DNA of 61,080 bases, the filler included, from Sluysia triapertura (lineage: Eukaryota): the NCBI GenBank assembly GCA_046118255.1. It is 5 parts of 5 records of this genome, joined end to end, with 100 filler letters (N's around TTAATTAATTAA, not from the genome) between each part and the next. Parts side by side here need not be neighbours in the genome. Positions count along the whole stretch, not along the records: positions 11,333 to 22,502 come from JBJNIA010187933.1; positions 22,603 to 33,755 come from JBJNIA010188178.1; 3 more parts are not named here. One strand, 5' to 3'. How positions within the stretch are numbered: the stretch's first letter is position 1; every line of letters starts with the position of its first letter. Made by a program: the position numbers and the translations under genes. The notes beneath the pieces were generated by a model. It was not told the DNA's origin, ran no database searches, and saw nothing but the letters and a program-made list of their open reading frames with translations. This document shows, one piece after another, positions 14,121-29,964 of the stretch.

Positions 14121-16120
14121 TCTTATTTAACTGAAAAGACAAAAGTTAAAAGTTTAATAAAAACAAATAAGTGATTATGATATTATGGTTATATTGAAAA
14201 TAGATGAATTTATTATGATTTCTTTAACAGCATCATTGGATGTTAATATTAAACGAATTAAAAATATAATTTGTGAAATATAATTGTGGAATTTAAAAAT
14301 TATTTAAAACATTTACTGTAATTATAAACAATTTTCGAAAGTATAAATATTATTAAAACACAATTTTAGATAATGAAAACATATTTTTTCGAATATTAAA
14401 ATATTTCGATGTATTATGAAAGTAAAATTTCATCAATAGTTTAAGAACACAATCACTTCTAGTGCGATGGAAGGCATTATAAAACAAACGTATTGAATTT
14501 GAAACAATAAAAGAATTACAAGAAAGCTTTTCCAATTTAGATGATTGATTTATGTATTACATTCAAGAAAAAATAATGAAAGTGATAATAATCATATTTT
14601 AAAATGAATTAACAAATTTATTTTGAATATTGAAGCAACCAGAATTGTAGTTCAGGAAACTCAATGTCTAATCGAAACTATAAATTTTGTGGATAAGAAA
14701 AAGTACCATCGAAACTGTTGTATATAAACACATTCGAAATAAATTTGAAGCAGACGATGAAAATGAAATTTAGTAATAAAAACGATACAGAGAATCATTT
14801 TCATAGTTTATCAGTAATTCTATCAATACACTTCTTCATATATAAGAAAAACTCGTATTATGCTTTATTAATGTGCTTGTTTTTCTTTGAGTTACAAGCT
14901 GTAACAAATTTCTAACGTCAAATAGGCAAGCATATAACAAAGTTAGAAATATTTCTAAAAGACTCACTTATCTAAAGAAAAAGATTTATCTGTTACCTCA
15001 AGAAGAAAATAGTTTAAGAAATAATTTGTGTTATTTTATGATACTGACATCTGCGCAATGTATAACACTCTACTTTTATTGTAGAACATATGGAAAAATG
15101 CTATACAATTTTCTGTAAATCTGATGAAGAATGTTAACCTTTTAAATTATGTAAGTTATACAAAAGTGAAGTTACACTTATTACAAAATGTGTCAGCAAT
15201 TTTATACTGCTCATAAGTTATTTTCAGAGTTGGTATAATTTATTTTACAAAATTATTTTTATTTTATTCTTATCAAGAAAGAACGAATAGTTTTAAAATA
15301 TTAATAATTTTAAATAACCACTTCGAAAGATTTATGGTGTTAATTCAAAGATTAAAGTTTTATCGTCCTTATGACAGCCATCTAAGTTAATTTTATAATT
15401 TTATAACGTATTAATTATATATAATTATATATTAAATTCCCTTATATAACAAATACTATGGATAATTTTATGTTAAAGTCCCATAATAAAACGCATAACA
15501 CGTTAAAGATAGTGACTTGAATAATACCTTATTTAATTATTTTACAATTTCACATTTTCACATAATTTTAGTGTTTTGAGTTACCGAATATGAGAAAATA
15601 TTTTTCTGATAATTTTGAAAGAAAATTCACGATCTTACAAAAACATTTGATTTATTAATAAGGTAAAACATAGAAATAAAGAAGACATTCAATGCAATGG
15701 TTCCAAAATATTTTGAAAAATATTTTTTGTTTTAAGTAAGTTCAGTAACGTTATAAAAGAAAGTAACAAAAATATAAATCAATTGTTTTAAAAAGCACAT
15801 TACTCAAATTAAGGTTTAGATTAACACTAAATGTACCAATATTTGATGTATACGTACTCATACCATCATCAGTCATCAGATTTATTATAATATAATTTTT
15901 AATAATGTAAATTTATTTGTTTATAAAATAAAATTAAAAGTCATAAAAATCAATAAAATTTCATAATATTTTTTAAAATAAAAACTAAAAAAAGGTCATA
16001 CCAGCGGTCATTGTAGGTCTAACGTTAAAAATAAAAATACACACATTTTAGTTTTCTTCATTTTCAGAATGTTCTGCTACTTTAACAACAACAACTACTA
16101 CTACCAAGAATAATAATAAC

Positions 16121-16172
<52 letters not shown>

Positions 16173-16821
16173 TAAATAATAATAATTTGAAAGGATAATT
16201 TGTAAATAACAGTGATTTTTAAAGAATAATTTATGTTATTTGAAAATTAATAATTTTTAAATAATATTTGTAAATGCAAATACATTAGTTTAAAAAATTG
16301 TATTTAAAAATTTTTATCTTGAAACATTTTTAGTGATAATTTTATTATTCAAAAAATATAAAAACTTTAATGAGAAAACTATTATAGATTTTTATGATAA
16401 TTTTATATAAAAATATTACAATTTTATTATGCGAAAAAATGCTTTAATTACGTCTGCATGGAATTATATGAAAAACCACAAGAGACACTAAATTCTTCAC
16501 TTTCACAAAAAGTAGTATTACGCTAAGCGAAAAAAATAGTCTAAAATCGTTATTAATATTTGAATATTTGTACTAGTTCGCAATTGGTGAATTTATCGAC
16601 GTTAAATAAGAAGTTTCATATTCGAATACCAAGAAATCTCTATGCAAAAATTTCTTCAAACCGTTATCCATGCAGCAGCATGATTATTTTGGGTAAAGTT
16701 TTATCCTGCGATTTTCGCAGAATCAATATATTCTCAAAATCTAACATTTTCTTTTAAAAAGACAAGAATTTAAATTTTAAAAAATTAATATTAAAATTAA
16801 GCGAGATATTAATTTTTAATC

Positions 16822-16864
<43 letters not shown>

Positions 16865-19024
16865 GTTGTTGTTGTTGTTGTTGTTGTCTGTACCTTATTT
16901 TATAATTTGTTCGAATATTTTGATTAATTAAACTTGATTATTGTGTTACGTGATTTTATTTATTATCGTTTTTCCTAGGAAGAGTATGTACTCGTAGAAT
17001 CTGACGTTAATTGCGGTCTTCTGAGAGTAAGAATTATCTTTCGTAAAAGTGCCATTAAAAATCCTGAAGTGGTGTCTTCTTCGTATATAAATCACTGACT
17101 TCAGAAGAATCCAAAGAGATTTAATAATTATATTTGCTAGTTCTCATTTAGTAAATAAAAAATGCAGCAATAATAATGATTTTAAATTATAATTTTAGTT
17201 TAGACGGTGTAAACGAGTTTATTGAATGTTTATAAGAATGTAAAAGATTTGATAATAAGTTATAGAATAAATATATTGTTGATATTGTGAGACTGTTTGG
17301 AAGTGTGTTGTTGTGATTACCAGATTTTGGGTTTTGACTCACCACATGAATTCTCATTAAATATTTACAAGGGTGACACCCTCAATAACTTGTATAGGGT
17401 AGTAACAATAAAATGAAACTCAATAACTTTGTATAAATGCATTTATGTATTCTTCAACCACCTAAATTTTCTTTATTCTATCTTTTCCTCCCGAACCAAT
17501 TAATTTTACCTACTTCTTCATTAATTCTTTCTCTATATTTTGTCTACTTTATCAATAATAATATAGCTCTGGACATGTCGTAATAGCGGCAGCGATATAA
17601 TTACTACTTTATCTTATTTTTACTGTTTGTGTAAGTGTATATTTCATCTTGCAGCCTTATTTTTATATATGCTACATTTATAATTGTATTTATTTCATAA
17701 TATAAAAACTTCAAATTCTTTAAAATTTTATCACATCTTTGAATTAATATAGGAAAATAAAAATAGAAAAGAAATGTAAACATGCTGATTAAAATATACT
17801 TATTTATAAGGATAATTATATCATAGTAAGCTATTGTTTGTTTGAAGAGTTAGAAGAATGTGACGTATTTGTATTAAAGTTGATGAAAAATTTCAGACAT
17901 TGCAGCATACGTGTTTATCGTGCCTGGTCTAACATATGTTGTTATGTGATAATAATAACCAAAAAGAAACAATACAATGAAAACAAATGAAAAATGTGTT
18001 TTAGAAAACTGAGTCAAATAATCAAAATGTTTGTATTCTGCTTCGATATTGCAACATAAAGAATAAAATTCTAAGATATAAATATATATATTTAACTGAA
18101 AGAATCCAATTTCGATTGATATTATTTTCAATTTTAAAAATATTATTAAAATAAAAAGATAAAATCTATATATAATTAAAACGTTATGATTTTAAATTAT
18201 TTTTTACACAAACGTTTTTATTTATTATTTTTTAGAACCTTCAAAAGTGGATAAATGTAATAATGCAAAGATATGGTTTTTTTAATAAAATATTTGTTAA
18301 CGATAAAATAATCAATTATAGTAAGATTTAAAAATAAATTTTATGTGAAGAGTAACTTTTCTAATGTTCAACTGGTACTATTAAATAACATTGAATTATT
18401 GTAGTAGCTGTTTACAAGAAATGATGATTAATTTACAATTTTTATATAAATATATGAAAATATATATTTATGGTTTCTTCAAGCCATAACAATGTCAATA
18501 TTTCAAAAAGAATAAATTCAATGATCTCAAAAGTAATAAAAAGCAAAATCTCAACGATCAGAATGATTAAAAAATTAAATAACTAAATAATTTAATAATT
18601 TAATAAGTAAATAATAATTAAATAATTACAGAATATGTATGTCAAGAGTTGCGAAAATTTTAAAGTCTTCAGAAGGCATCATTTTCAAAATTTGCCAAAA
18701 ATTTGTTTATTTTAAGTGTAAAACCTCATCACAGATAATATTATAATAATTTATAATATTAAAATATTAAATATCGTAAATCAAAAACATATTTTAGGAG
18801 GTTTAATTTTATTTATATATAATTTTAAAGTTTTATATAACAAAAGTTTTAAATGTAAAAAAATTGTTCATTTGAATTTTTATCAAAATAATGTCCTTGA
18901 AATTATTATACAAGAAACAAAATTAAATACACACACTTAATTATATAAAATTAGACCATGAAAATAAATAAATCAAAGATATTAAATGTCATTTATTTTT
19001 AGCTAGTCAATAGTCATGATAACG

Positions 19025-19093
<69 letters not shown>

Positions 19094-19636
19094 CATTATT
19101 ATTACTTAGGCATTAATGATAAAAGTATAAACTGAAAATAATTGAATTAACTTAATTTACATTTAAGCTGTTTATTTTGGTACAACTACAGCGAAAAAAT
19201 GTATCAATTTTAAATTTAACGTATAATAATTACGACTAAGACTTTATATTTAAAATTATGAAAACTAAATTTGTTCAGTTTCGATAAACACAATTAATAT
19301 TTAAGTTGTTTGGTGTTAAGTACATTTGCTGACCTTAAGACTAAATAAATTTTGCAGAAATATTACTAAATAAAAATAAAATTTATTGTAATTAAATTTC
19401 TTTTAGAAAAATTATTTTATATAATAATGTTTTTATTTTAAATTATACAATTATTTTTAAAATTGTTAATAGAAAATATAAAATGTTATAAACGCCATAG
19501 ACATTATTTATAAAGACGGAGCTCTTAGTGAAACATTAACATAAACATTAATTAAACTACTATGCTTAAGGTTAAAAAAATAATAAGGCAAATGCTTTAA
19601 ATTATTAACTTAACTTTAAATATACTAATTTTGAAA

Positions 19637-19697
<61 letters not shown>

Positions 19698-20562
19698 TAA
19701 AATTAGCTTTAATAAAAATCTAACAAAATCATAACTTTGACTACGACTTGGATTCCTATTTAATAATGCAGATTATCTCACCTCTGAGAATAAATTTTAA
19801 ATGCATTACGAACATTAGTGATTAAAAATAGTAAACTTATTCGTCGAATTAATTTTAAAATCAATAATTGGAATATGCCGATGTTAATAGTATTCCAACA
19901 ATTTTGAATTTATTTGTTAGCCATACAAATATTTGTAATTACTAACTTTATCATTACATAATTGACAAACCACACTTGAATTGATATATTATAATATAAA
20001 AAATATTTCTCTAATGATAATTAAATTTATAAATAATTGAAAATCAATATAATGGATTATATACTAATATGATTAATTCCGTATAAAAATATGTGTTTAA
20101 AAAATGAGAAACACTCATTATAAACAATATATTGGCTTAACAATGGTATTTCAACAAGATTTCGATTGTAAATGCTTGAGCCCATTAAGTACCCAATGGT
20201 AATGAAGTAAATATGGAAAATATCAGTTTTTATCAGTATTTTTATAGAAAATCTCAAAATTATAACTTTGTATAAACAAAATCAGAACTATCCAAGTAGA
20301 AGTTGTGAAATAAATTTTAGTTAAATGAACAATTTTCTAAAAATAATATTTAAGTTCAGTAAATTTACAAAGTAGTGAAATATTTTAATGTCTTAATTAT
20401 GTTGCATTTAATAAAATATATTCAATTTAATTTTGTGTTTAAATAATTGATTAAATCTATTCATGAATCAAACAATTTCACATATTATTAACAGTTTAAT
20501 ATTCAATACTTCAGTAAGGATACTTAACATTTATTCTAATAATTTATGATGAATTAGATTTA

Positions 20563-20623
<61 letters not shown>

Positions 20624-22613
20624 TTCAAATACATTTCGGTAGTCTTTATAATTTTATATGCACTTTTTATATTTTCATTTTGTTATGATACGTATACTAT
20701 TCACCGTTTATAATTCAGATAAATATAATTCAATGAATAATAAACAACGAAATGATTTTCGAAATTAATTATATAAAAAAGAATACAAATCGTCAATTTA
20801 AAGAGAAGTTAAACAAAAGATTAAATCTAATCAAACACAAAATATCTTTAACAGAATCCATTTTTTTATTTTATATCGAAGAAACTGATATTTTTTGATA
20901 TTTTTTCATGTTATTCAATTTTTGGATCAAAAAAGAACACAAATATTATAATAACTTCATATAAAAATCCATATATACCCTAGACAAGTGACAGTGCTAG
21001 ATTTATTGAGTTTTCATATCCTCCTTATAGTCGGATTATGGAACAAGTTGACTTCTTTTTCTTCTGTTATTGGTGAAAATATCTGTAGAAATTTATCATT
21101 ACCGATATTATTCAAAGATGAATTAAATTTGGTTAATTGGTATTAAGGTTGAAATAAACCTTTGTCATGCTTAGAAACCACTCAATTCTACGTAATACTT
21201 TATTATAATTTACCTATATAACGATAGAAAGATAAATAACAAAGATTAATTAGAATATGATTTCTATGCAACTCATAAAATTAATTTCCTACCAAGATTT
21301 TACTACAAGGATACATCTAAGTTCTAGTACAGTTTTCAATTAATCATTTATTATTTCAACACTCACAAGCATATATTCAAATCCAATATTATGATTCCTG
21401 ACAGCGTTATTCTTATTAGCTTTTCATGTTCAGTAAAATCCACTCGGCTTAATTTCAATTCATTCAAAATAGTAACATCAGATTTAGTATATCATTCCAT
21501 CCAATCAGTTATATTTCCAGAATATTTAGTACTTTCTTATAATTCTTATTTGGCTTAGTCTATGGACATTTTTTGAAGCTTATCGTCACCAAAACAACAG
21601 ATATTTATCAAAAATATAGCCCAAAAATGGGTTTCATAATTAAATCATTTGTACTTTAATAAAATACTGGAAGCATTGAATTAATCAAAATGAAAAATAA
21701 ATTGAATAATTTAAGTATAAAAATATTTAAGATTTAACATGCTCATGATAAAACAAATTAACCAACAAATAAAATTTAGTCAATTGCTAAAGAAATAAAA
21801 GATTCAGTAAGAGTGTTTGTCGCTAATGCATTGAAATAGCCATATTAAATAGAAGCCAATACATTATTGCAATACTATAGGTGTTATTTCACAACAAAAC
21901 TGAAATTGTTTATGTAGTATTTAGATAAGTGCTAGGAGATCGGAAATTCAATATGTTGATTATGAATGATTATTCCTTAGAGTCCGCAATTAAATTGAAC
22001 ATTAATTTCCATCACATTTCCAATTTATCATACAGCCATTATTTCAAACAAATTAATTAAATAATTCAATGTTGTTTGAGTTGTTTTCATTTCATTATTC
22101 GCTACATAATCAATTAAATTCGAAATTTTAGAAAAAATTTATTTACCAAAAAAATCTTTGCTTGATTGCATTATAAATGTCAATTATCGTACATTTATTA
22201 AAAAGAAAATTGGTTTAATTTAATAAATATTCTGCGATAAATAACATCGTAATTACAATTACCAAATGAAAAATCTATAAATTATTTTAATATTATATTG
22301 CAAGCGGAAATTGAATTCTTGATTATAAATTAATTTGCAAAATTATTTATTATTAGAAATGTGGTGCTTAAAAGTGCCATTTTTTGCTTTCTCGATTAGA
22401 AAATAATAAAACGTTTATATATTTCTATTTGTAATTTACTGAAATAATCTGTAATTTTTATGCAATTAAATTTTAATCGTTGTTATCATATATATATATA
22501 TANNNNNNNNNNNNNNNNNNNNNNNNNNNNNNNNNNNNNNNNNNNNTTAATTAATTAANNNNNNNNNNNNNNNNNNNNNNNNNNNNNNNNNNNNNNNNNN
22601 NNCAAGAAAATAA

Positions 22614-22653
<40 letters not shown>

Positions 22654-22655
<2 letters not shown>

Positions 22656-24887
22656 AGCTATGACAAGTCTTATATCTGGATTGATCATTGGAATAATTAA
22701 AATGATGATGGATGTAATATGGCGTGAACAGCCTTGCGAAATACCGGATACGCGACCTTTTTTTGTCAGCCAGTTTCACTATATGTATTTTGCTTTGTTT
22801 TCATTTTCAAGTTGTCTTATTATTATGACCATTGTTTCTGTTTTAACAAATAAATCAAATGATTTATTGAGCTCAGATGTAACATTTTGGCATTATATTA
22901 GAAAACAAACTGTAAGTGCAGCTTCAATTCGGAGATCTTCGAACTTAAAACAAGTTCCTTGTGATGAAATTGAAGTTCAATTTCAAAAAGGAGGTTAGCT
23001 TTTTAAATTAGTTAAATTAAGTTTTTCTTTAAAAAAACCAAACTTTACTTTAAATTTTAAATAAAATTAAAAAAATTGAATATGAAAATGAAAGGCGACT
23101 GCGTCTTCGGATAATTCACATTAAATCGAATTTTGTGGTAAAACAATTAACTGTTCAAATTATTTAAATAAAATTGTCCGTTTTGTATTTTGTGCCATTG
23201 TAAAAAAGCAGTGAAAATACAAAGATATTTTGCGAAACTTTTAATTCTGTATTGTAATTGCTTTTGGTGATGGTTCTCTTGCGTCACCAAAGACACATTT
23301 CAATTCGATCCTTATAAAAAGAAATTAAATTAGTATTGATAGGTTTGTGAATGTAAATGCAATGTTTTTCACCTGATGTTACTTGTACCATTTATAAAAA
23401 TGGTCCCTATTCCCTAATTAAAAACATAGCATAATATTTTCCAATAACGAAATTATATTTATACATGATATTTATATGCAATATAAACGTCTTAGGATAC
23501 AAATAATAATGTGCCTTTTCCGTAACTCTTAAAGGTTTAATTAATATACATTAATTTTAACCTTAATAAATTGCACTTCACCTACCGATGTATTTGCACT
23601 TAAACGATTTTAGTCATTTTGAATTTACCTTTAAGTACGTGCACTATATATGTCGAATAAATCTTTACATTCGAATAGAAAAAGTATAATATGTTCCTTA
23701 TTTTTAACATTAATAGATTAAAAAATTAATTTTGTTTTAATCAGTCAAGTGATGCCATTTTAAATCTGTATAATATAAAACTCCGAATCAGGATATTATT
23801 GTAATTTATTCAATCTTTTTTTTTGTATTTCGAATATTTTTGGCAAAAACGTGCCGAATGTGATGGTAAATACAGTAAAAAATAAACTTATATACTAATG
23901 TGATTTCTCAAATAATTTTTTTGTTTTCTATTCGAATGTATGGACTTATTGGATACATCACCAATGTAATTTATTCTTTATTACTCATCAAATTAACTTT
24001 ATTATTGTAGCTTTAACTTTGTGAATTGTGTGAAATAAAAATCCACGTCTAATATACTTAGTTCTTGTTTACAATTACTTATTCGGTATAATTGAAAATT
24101 TTCGTACCTCTTTTTTCGAAATTAATGACAACAAAGCTAAAATAGATCATGAATATAAAATTTTAGCTAAAATATTTTCGACGATGATGTTACAGCACAG
24201 AAATTGTTTAATACTGAAATATTTAAAATCAAATTAAAAATTATACGAAAAAGATATTGAATTTAATATTAGTACAAACTAAACAAAATAATGCTCAATA
24301 ACATGATAGGTTCAAATCTGAGAGAGCTAGAGTTGAATTTTCAAATGATGACGAAATGAAAATTTCTTGTTCTTTTATTTTTTATAATTAATGACTTGAT
24401 TAATTGAATTAATTGAATTAATAGTTATTGATTCGATTGTTATCGAATATGAAACATATTTTTCTTGTTAGATTTTAGCAACAATACTTAAACTATTTAT
24501 TTTTGATAATGTTTGCTTTAATAATGTTTGTTATGTTCAGATACCACTGAAGAATCAAAAATTAATTATAATTATAGTAATAATAAAAGTAATGCTTTAT
24601 GGAAAACGAATTTAAAACGAATGTGGAATGTATTTATTGGATTAGATAATATAACTAGTCCTGAAAATGTTCACGAATTTGGAAATGAAGAAATAAAAAT
24701 TTGGTTACACGAAACTCGTTTATCAAAAATTGTTTTAACCATGTTAATGCTTTTATCTATTGTAATTGTATTTACGTTGTATTTATATTTCTCATTAGCT
24801 TTTCCAGAAATTAAAGTTGGCTCTTTGAAGATTAAAAATTTTACAAATATAAATACGACTAATTTTAATTATATCAAAAATAGTTAA
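22654..24887 (+). CDS. SLC5 sodium:solute symporter (SGLT/SMIT-like), last two exons 22654-22993 and 24541-24887; 5' part not found
   Basis: GAMTSLISGLIIGIIKMMMDVIWREQPCEIPDTRPFFVSQFHYMYFALF matches the SLC5 pattern GAxxGL..G..RM..D/E...C...D.RP....HY(L/M)YFA. The final TM LHETRLSKIVL...LYLYFSL resembles the SLC5A3 C-terminus. A phase-1 GT-AG intron joins G+AT = Asp. Confidence 0.9.
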
Positions 24888-27800
24888 ATTTTGCCAAAGT
24901 TCATAATGTATTAAAAATGTTACCAAATATTTAATTATATATTTACTTCTTTTTAAATATTTTTAATTTTAGTTAACTGAACATATCTACGAAAAAAGTA
25001 AGATCAATATTGTATAGTGAAATTGTTAAATATTGTGTTGCAAACTCATACCAATTTCTTGATAGATTGAAATTTTAAATATCTTTGATTTTATTTGTTT
25101 GTGTAAAAGGTTATTTAATTTCTAAATGCAGTAAAATGTTTCTTCTAATTTTTTCTTATTTGGTGTAACCAAAATCTATTTATAGCGAGTTATGAAGTTG
25201 CATATGTGAAAGTAATAGAAAAAACAAAATGCCAGGCTTTCTTTCACATCTTTTCTGCTAAATTATCTTTTAAAAACGGGTTCCGTTGTTTTACATGATT
25301 TAGTTGCTTATATGCAAAAATGGTTGTGTTTTCTCGAAATTTATTGTACTAGACCCGTCACATTGTCTATTGTTTTTAACTTTGCAACATTCCTTCTGCT
25401 GAAAATGCAGTCAATTTATTTATCTTAATGCTCGTATAATGTAGAAGGCAATTATATCCTTATAAAACCGTATTTTCTTTCCATAAGCCTTATGGTACCA
25501 TGAGTTTGCTTTATTTTTATTGTTATTTTTCGGTTTTTTAAGTGGTTGGAGACGATCTTTGAAATTAATCTTAGTGAAATATTAGATTTTGAAATTTTTG
25601 CATAAAATATAGAATTGAATTACTTTTGTCCTGAAGTTGAAAGTAATATCTGTATTCTCACGAGGGTCTTAAGGGTTACTAACCATCTCAGTTCATTAAG
25701 AGCACGAGGCGATAATCTCACACTAATTTATTCGAATACGTTTGTAATTATTTGAATATAAAAGATTATCCTTATTTTTATAAGTGCACAAATTTATTTA
25801 TAACCTATTAGAGTGACTTAAACAGTTCATAATAGTTTATGTACGGAAAATTTAATTTTTAAAAATTATTTTTAATTATTACCGCAATTTCTTCTTCAAC
25901 AATCGTTAAAGAATTTATGTAATATTTATTATTAAGAAAAAAACGTAATAATTTATTTTTTAATATTGTCTTTATATTTTATATATAACTATGAGTATTA
26001 TATTTTTAATTAGTTTTAATAATCACTTTGTGTTCTATGATGCACATGTGAAATATATTGTCTTATTTAATTAATTTTGTTAATTATTTGAATATTACGG
26101 GAATAAAATAACATTTAATAAATTTAAATTAGACGTATGATTCTTCAAACCTATTTTTTATTTGATATTAATAACTTGTATTAACTTTAAAATTAACCTT
26201 GGTAGTGTGGTTCTGTTTACAATTTCTGTAGTTGTCGTAGGTTGATTTAATTTCTTGCTTCTGTTTCATTCTGCTTAGTTTTGGTGTTTCGTTGGTTGTT
26301 TTGCTTGAATTTGTCAAGTTTGTGTGGTGTTCTGTTTTGTAAAATTGTCGGGTGATTAGTTTTTGTACTGATATGAAGTGAAAATGATTTGGTGGCTCAG
26401 CCAATTATCACGATCATATTATATTAATAAGATCAATTACAGATATGAAAACTTTGCCACAAAAAGATATCACAACACGTTTACTTATGACATAATATAA
26501 CATCACATCAAATCCCATACTCTACATATCAACTCCAAAAACAATAAAGTTATAAGATCGTCTGCTAAAACTAAATTCTAAGTTAATAATATTAATGTTA
26601 CTGTCATCATATCATTGTTATTTTCATATTTTCTCCCATACTTAATTGTGTCCTTATAGTTTATATTATATTTTCTGTTATATTTTATTATATTATATGC
26701 TAGTGTTTTTCTTAAACTGCTCACTAACAAATTATGTCTAACGCAACGTTCCCGTAGGATTTAATAAAGATTTTTACGAGGGTCTATAAATTTCTCTATC
26801 AAATTCATTCTGTTTCCTTTTTTAAGTTGCCACTGTGGACTTTAAATTTTTATATCAATTTATTAATCCTATCTTAATTAGCTAATACAATTCTAAAATT
26901 TTCTTTAATTTCCTTTTTTCACTTTATTACTTATCACCAAGTCAATGCTTCTAATCTATTCCTCAGTAATAATATTTCTAGTTAATCTTAAAATTCCAGT
27001 TAGTAGACGTTTAGTAACTTATGCACTTTTTATTGCAAAGACAACTCAAATGAAAATTTTATATAATTATTCAAATGACAAAGTCTTCTAATTCTTAATA
27101 TTATCGAAATTTCTATTTTATGATATCTCTATGATCTAATTAATTTTTATTAAATTTAATTTATCTGGTAATAAAATTCTTTCTTTTTAACTCGATTTTT
27201 TAAAATTCGCTTCTTGCTTGAAATAACACAAAATAAGACTCAAAAGATCCAAAGGTATATTATATAACAAAATGCAGGAATTAACTAAAAAAATAATACA
27301 AATGTGTGTATTGGTGTAATTATTAGATAATATTATATGACAAAATAAAAAATAAACTATACTTATGACAAAAATAGAGAATGGCTGAAAAATAAATTAT
27401 AATTATGTATAATATTATTATTAGTCAGTTACGTTTTAATCTTTAATATAATTTTAGTTTAAAACTTATCTCTAACGTAAAATTAAAGATGTACAATTCA
27501 GCAAAAGAAATTACATCACGAATTATTTCTTATGACAATAAAATAAACTTAATATTAATAACTTACGAAATTTTAGGTAAAATCAAATATTCGAATTGAT
27601 TCCACTTAGTCAAAATTCACCGCCAATTCTTCAGATTTAATCTAGATCAGATTCCCACAAATTAGACCTAGAATAAAACAATAATAGCGTAGTTAACTTT
27701 TTGTCACATTCGTAACACATAAAACCACGATCAGTTTAATTATATTGTTTAATTCCAATCGCCAAATAGCCACAAAATAAAACCACAAGCAATTTAATAG

Positions 27801-29137
27801 TATCGATTGATTCCAATCGCCAAATAGCCACAAAACATTTAATCAGGTATAATCATGAACAGTCATAAGAACTTCTAATACAAATCAGACCAAATCACTT
27901 ATGCAAAAAATCTTGCCATGAATATTAAATCAGAATTTTTGTGTGAGAACTTTCGAGGTTCATCTTTATATAGTACTTCGATATTTACCTAAATTTACGA
28001 AAATGAAAGTTTTATTTATTTAAAATATTTCTGAAAATTCAGGTTATACTATTTTATTTACTTAAGTAATTCGCTTTTATTTATTTAGGTAGTTAATTTC
28101 AGATCTCGAAATTTCAAATTAATAAAGATTAGAATTCTTTATTTATTTTATTAATTAATATTTGTTTTAGAATATTTCAAAATTATAAGAATAATTATTA
28201 TTTCTATTATAATTAATTTTATTATTTGTTATTATTTGTAATTTCAGATTCTGGAATTTCGGATGGATACCTTACATATGTTATGTTATATTACATTTAT
28301 ATTACCTTTTATGCAATATCTTTAAAGGCAAAGAATTAAACAAGAGAAAAGATAAAGAACTAAAAAAATATCAAGTTGCTTTAATAAATTAAAAACTATA
28401 CAGATAAGTTGACCTCGTACTATGTTTATGATTTTGTAAGAATGCAGACGGAAGATGGTGTGGAATTTAACATTAACAATTATTTTATTTAATTGACATT
28501 AACAACTATTTTTTATAAACATTTTGATTATTAGCAATGTTTATTTATTTTATTTTTTATTTTATTCTAAATATTATTAATATTATAGTTAAAATTTTTG
28601 GAATTAAAATTAACGTAAAATAAAATTATTGGAAATAAAATAAATAAAAAATTAATTCTTGTTTTACTCTTTAAAATACTTGTTTAAACTAAACAATACA
28701 CAATGAATTCCAACATGGGGGATTTAGCAAAGACATTATAAATAGGTGGAATTTTTATTCGAATAATTAATTTAAATCTTTAGAGATCTATTAATTCACA
28801 CGAAAATTTGAAAGAATTCCGCAAAATTATTTGTTCCACAAACTTTTCCATGCAGAAGTAATTTTCTTATATATAGGTTTTATTATATCTCCAATTTTAA
28901 AAAAATAGGGATTTAAAATATTAACTTAAATTAAGCACAAGATTTATACCTATACCGTAACTGGCTAGGTCAATTTTCTAATAAAATCATAATTTTTATC
29001 TCAACTAAACAGTAAGCTTAAGTTGATAAACTTATTATAATTATTATAATATTGGTTATTGTTTTAATCATTTTTTATTCTGAATATGAATTTTTTTAAT
29101 TAGATTTTCATTTTTTGATATTCAAAATAAATTATAA

Positions 29138-29259
29138 TTGACCAGACCGTAAAAAGGTGGTTTACAGCTAAAAATAATTAACACTTGACCAGACCGTAAA
29201 AAGGTGGTTTACAGCTAAAAATAATTAACACTTGACCAGACCGTAAAAAGGCTGGTTTA
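29138..29259. repeat. 47-bp tandem repeat, about 2.6 copies
   Basis: Unit ttgaccagaccgtaaaaaggtggtttacagctaaaaataattaacac is identical at 29138 and 29185, and partial at 29232. Confidence 0.95.
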
Positions 29260-29707
29260 ACGAGCATTTATTATAAATTGTCAATTGCCTTACATTAAAA
29301 ATAAACTGTTACAGTACTGTCCAATAACGCCATTGTCTTATCAAACTAGCTAATCTCTTTTGAAACTCAAATCTAATTAGGGCGTCTTCCTTCAGGATAC
29401 AAATCGTACCTAATTAGTCGAACGAGACTTCCAGGTACATTTTGCATTAGAGAGAAAACACTTGCACCTATTTAGATTTAATACTTAAATTCAATTTTTA
29501 ATTTACGCTACTATTTCGCAGTAGCATATTAAAATCTATTATTTAAATTTGAACAGCTGGATTAACTGATTTAATCCCTATTAAATTCTTATTTATCATT
29601 ATACTGATTAATTTTATTTTATACAGTGTACATTATCGATTTAATTTTATTTTGTAAGGCTTACATTTATATTTATTCTAATAAAAGTATCCCAACGTCA
29701 TAGGTGC

Positions 29708-29875
29708 TATTTCGAACCTCATTAAATTATTTATTTAACATTTGATTTAAATCCTTCTCAAATGATCAATTTCAGAACATTATTAAAATCATTGTAATTC
29801 TTAAGGTTCAATTTAGGAACTTTATTAAAATATCATCACCAAGGTTCAATTTAAGAACCTCATTAAAATATATTA
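29708..29875. repeat. Degenerate tandem repeat (ttcaattta.gaacctcattaaaatat-like), about 4 copies
   Basis: Imperfect copies near 29710, 29766, 29803 and 29841. Confidence 0.6.
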
Positions 29876-29964
29876 CGTTTTTGTGCAAGCAGTAAAATTA
29901 TTAGGAATTTATAGTTAGGCGATTATAATAACTTCCATTTGCTTCAGATATTGATTTTAAAAAA

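Noticed and set aside
16979-17950. Plus-strand exon-like segments as candidate upstream SLC5 exons
   Set aside because: AG/GT boundaries exist, but the translations show no SLC5 motifs.
26168-26404. 78-aa K/T/N-rich ORF
   Set aside because: Reflects a strand-skewed low-complexity tract, with no domain or splice support.
29138-29259. CRISPR-like appearance of the 47-bp repeat
   Set aside because: Units are contiguous with no unique spacers, there are no cas genes, and the context is eukaryotic.
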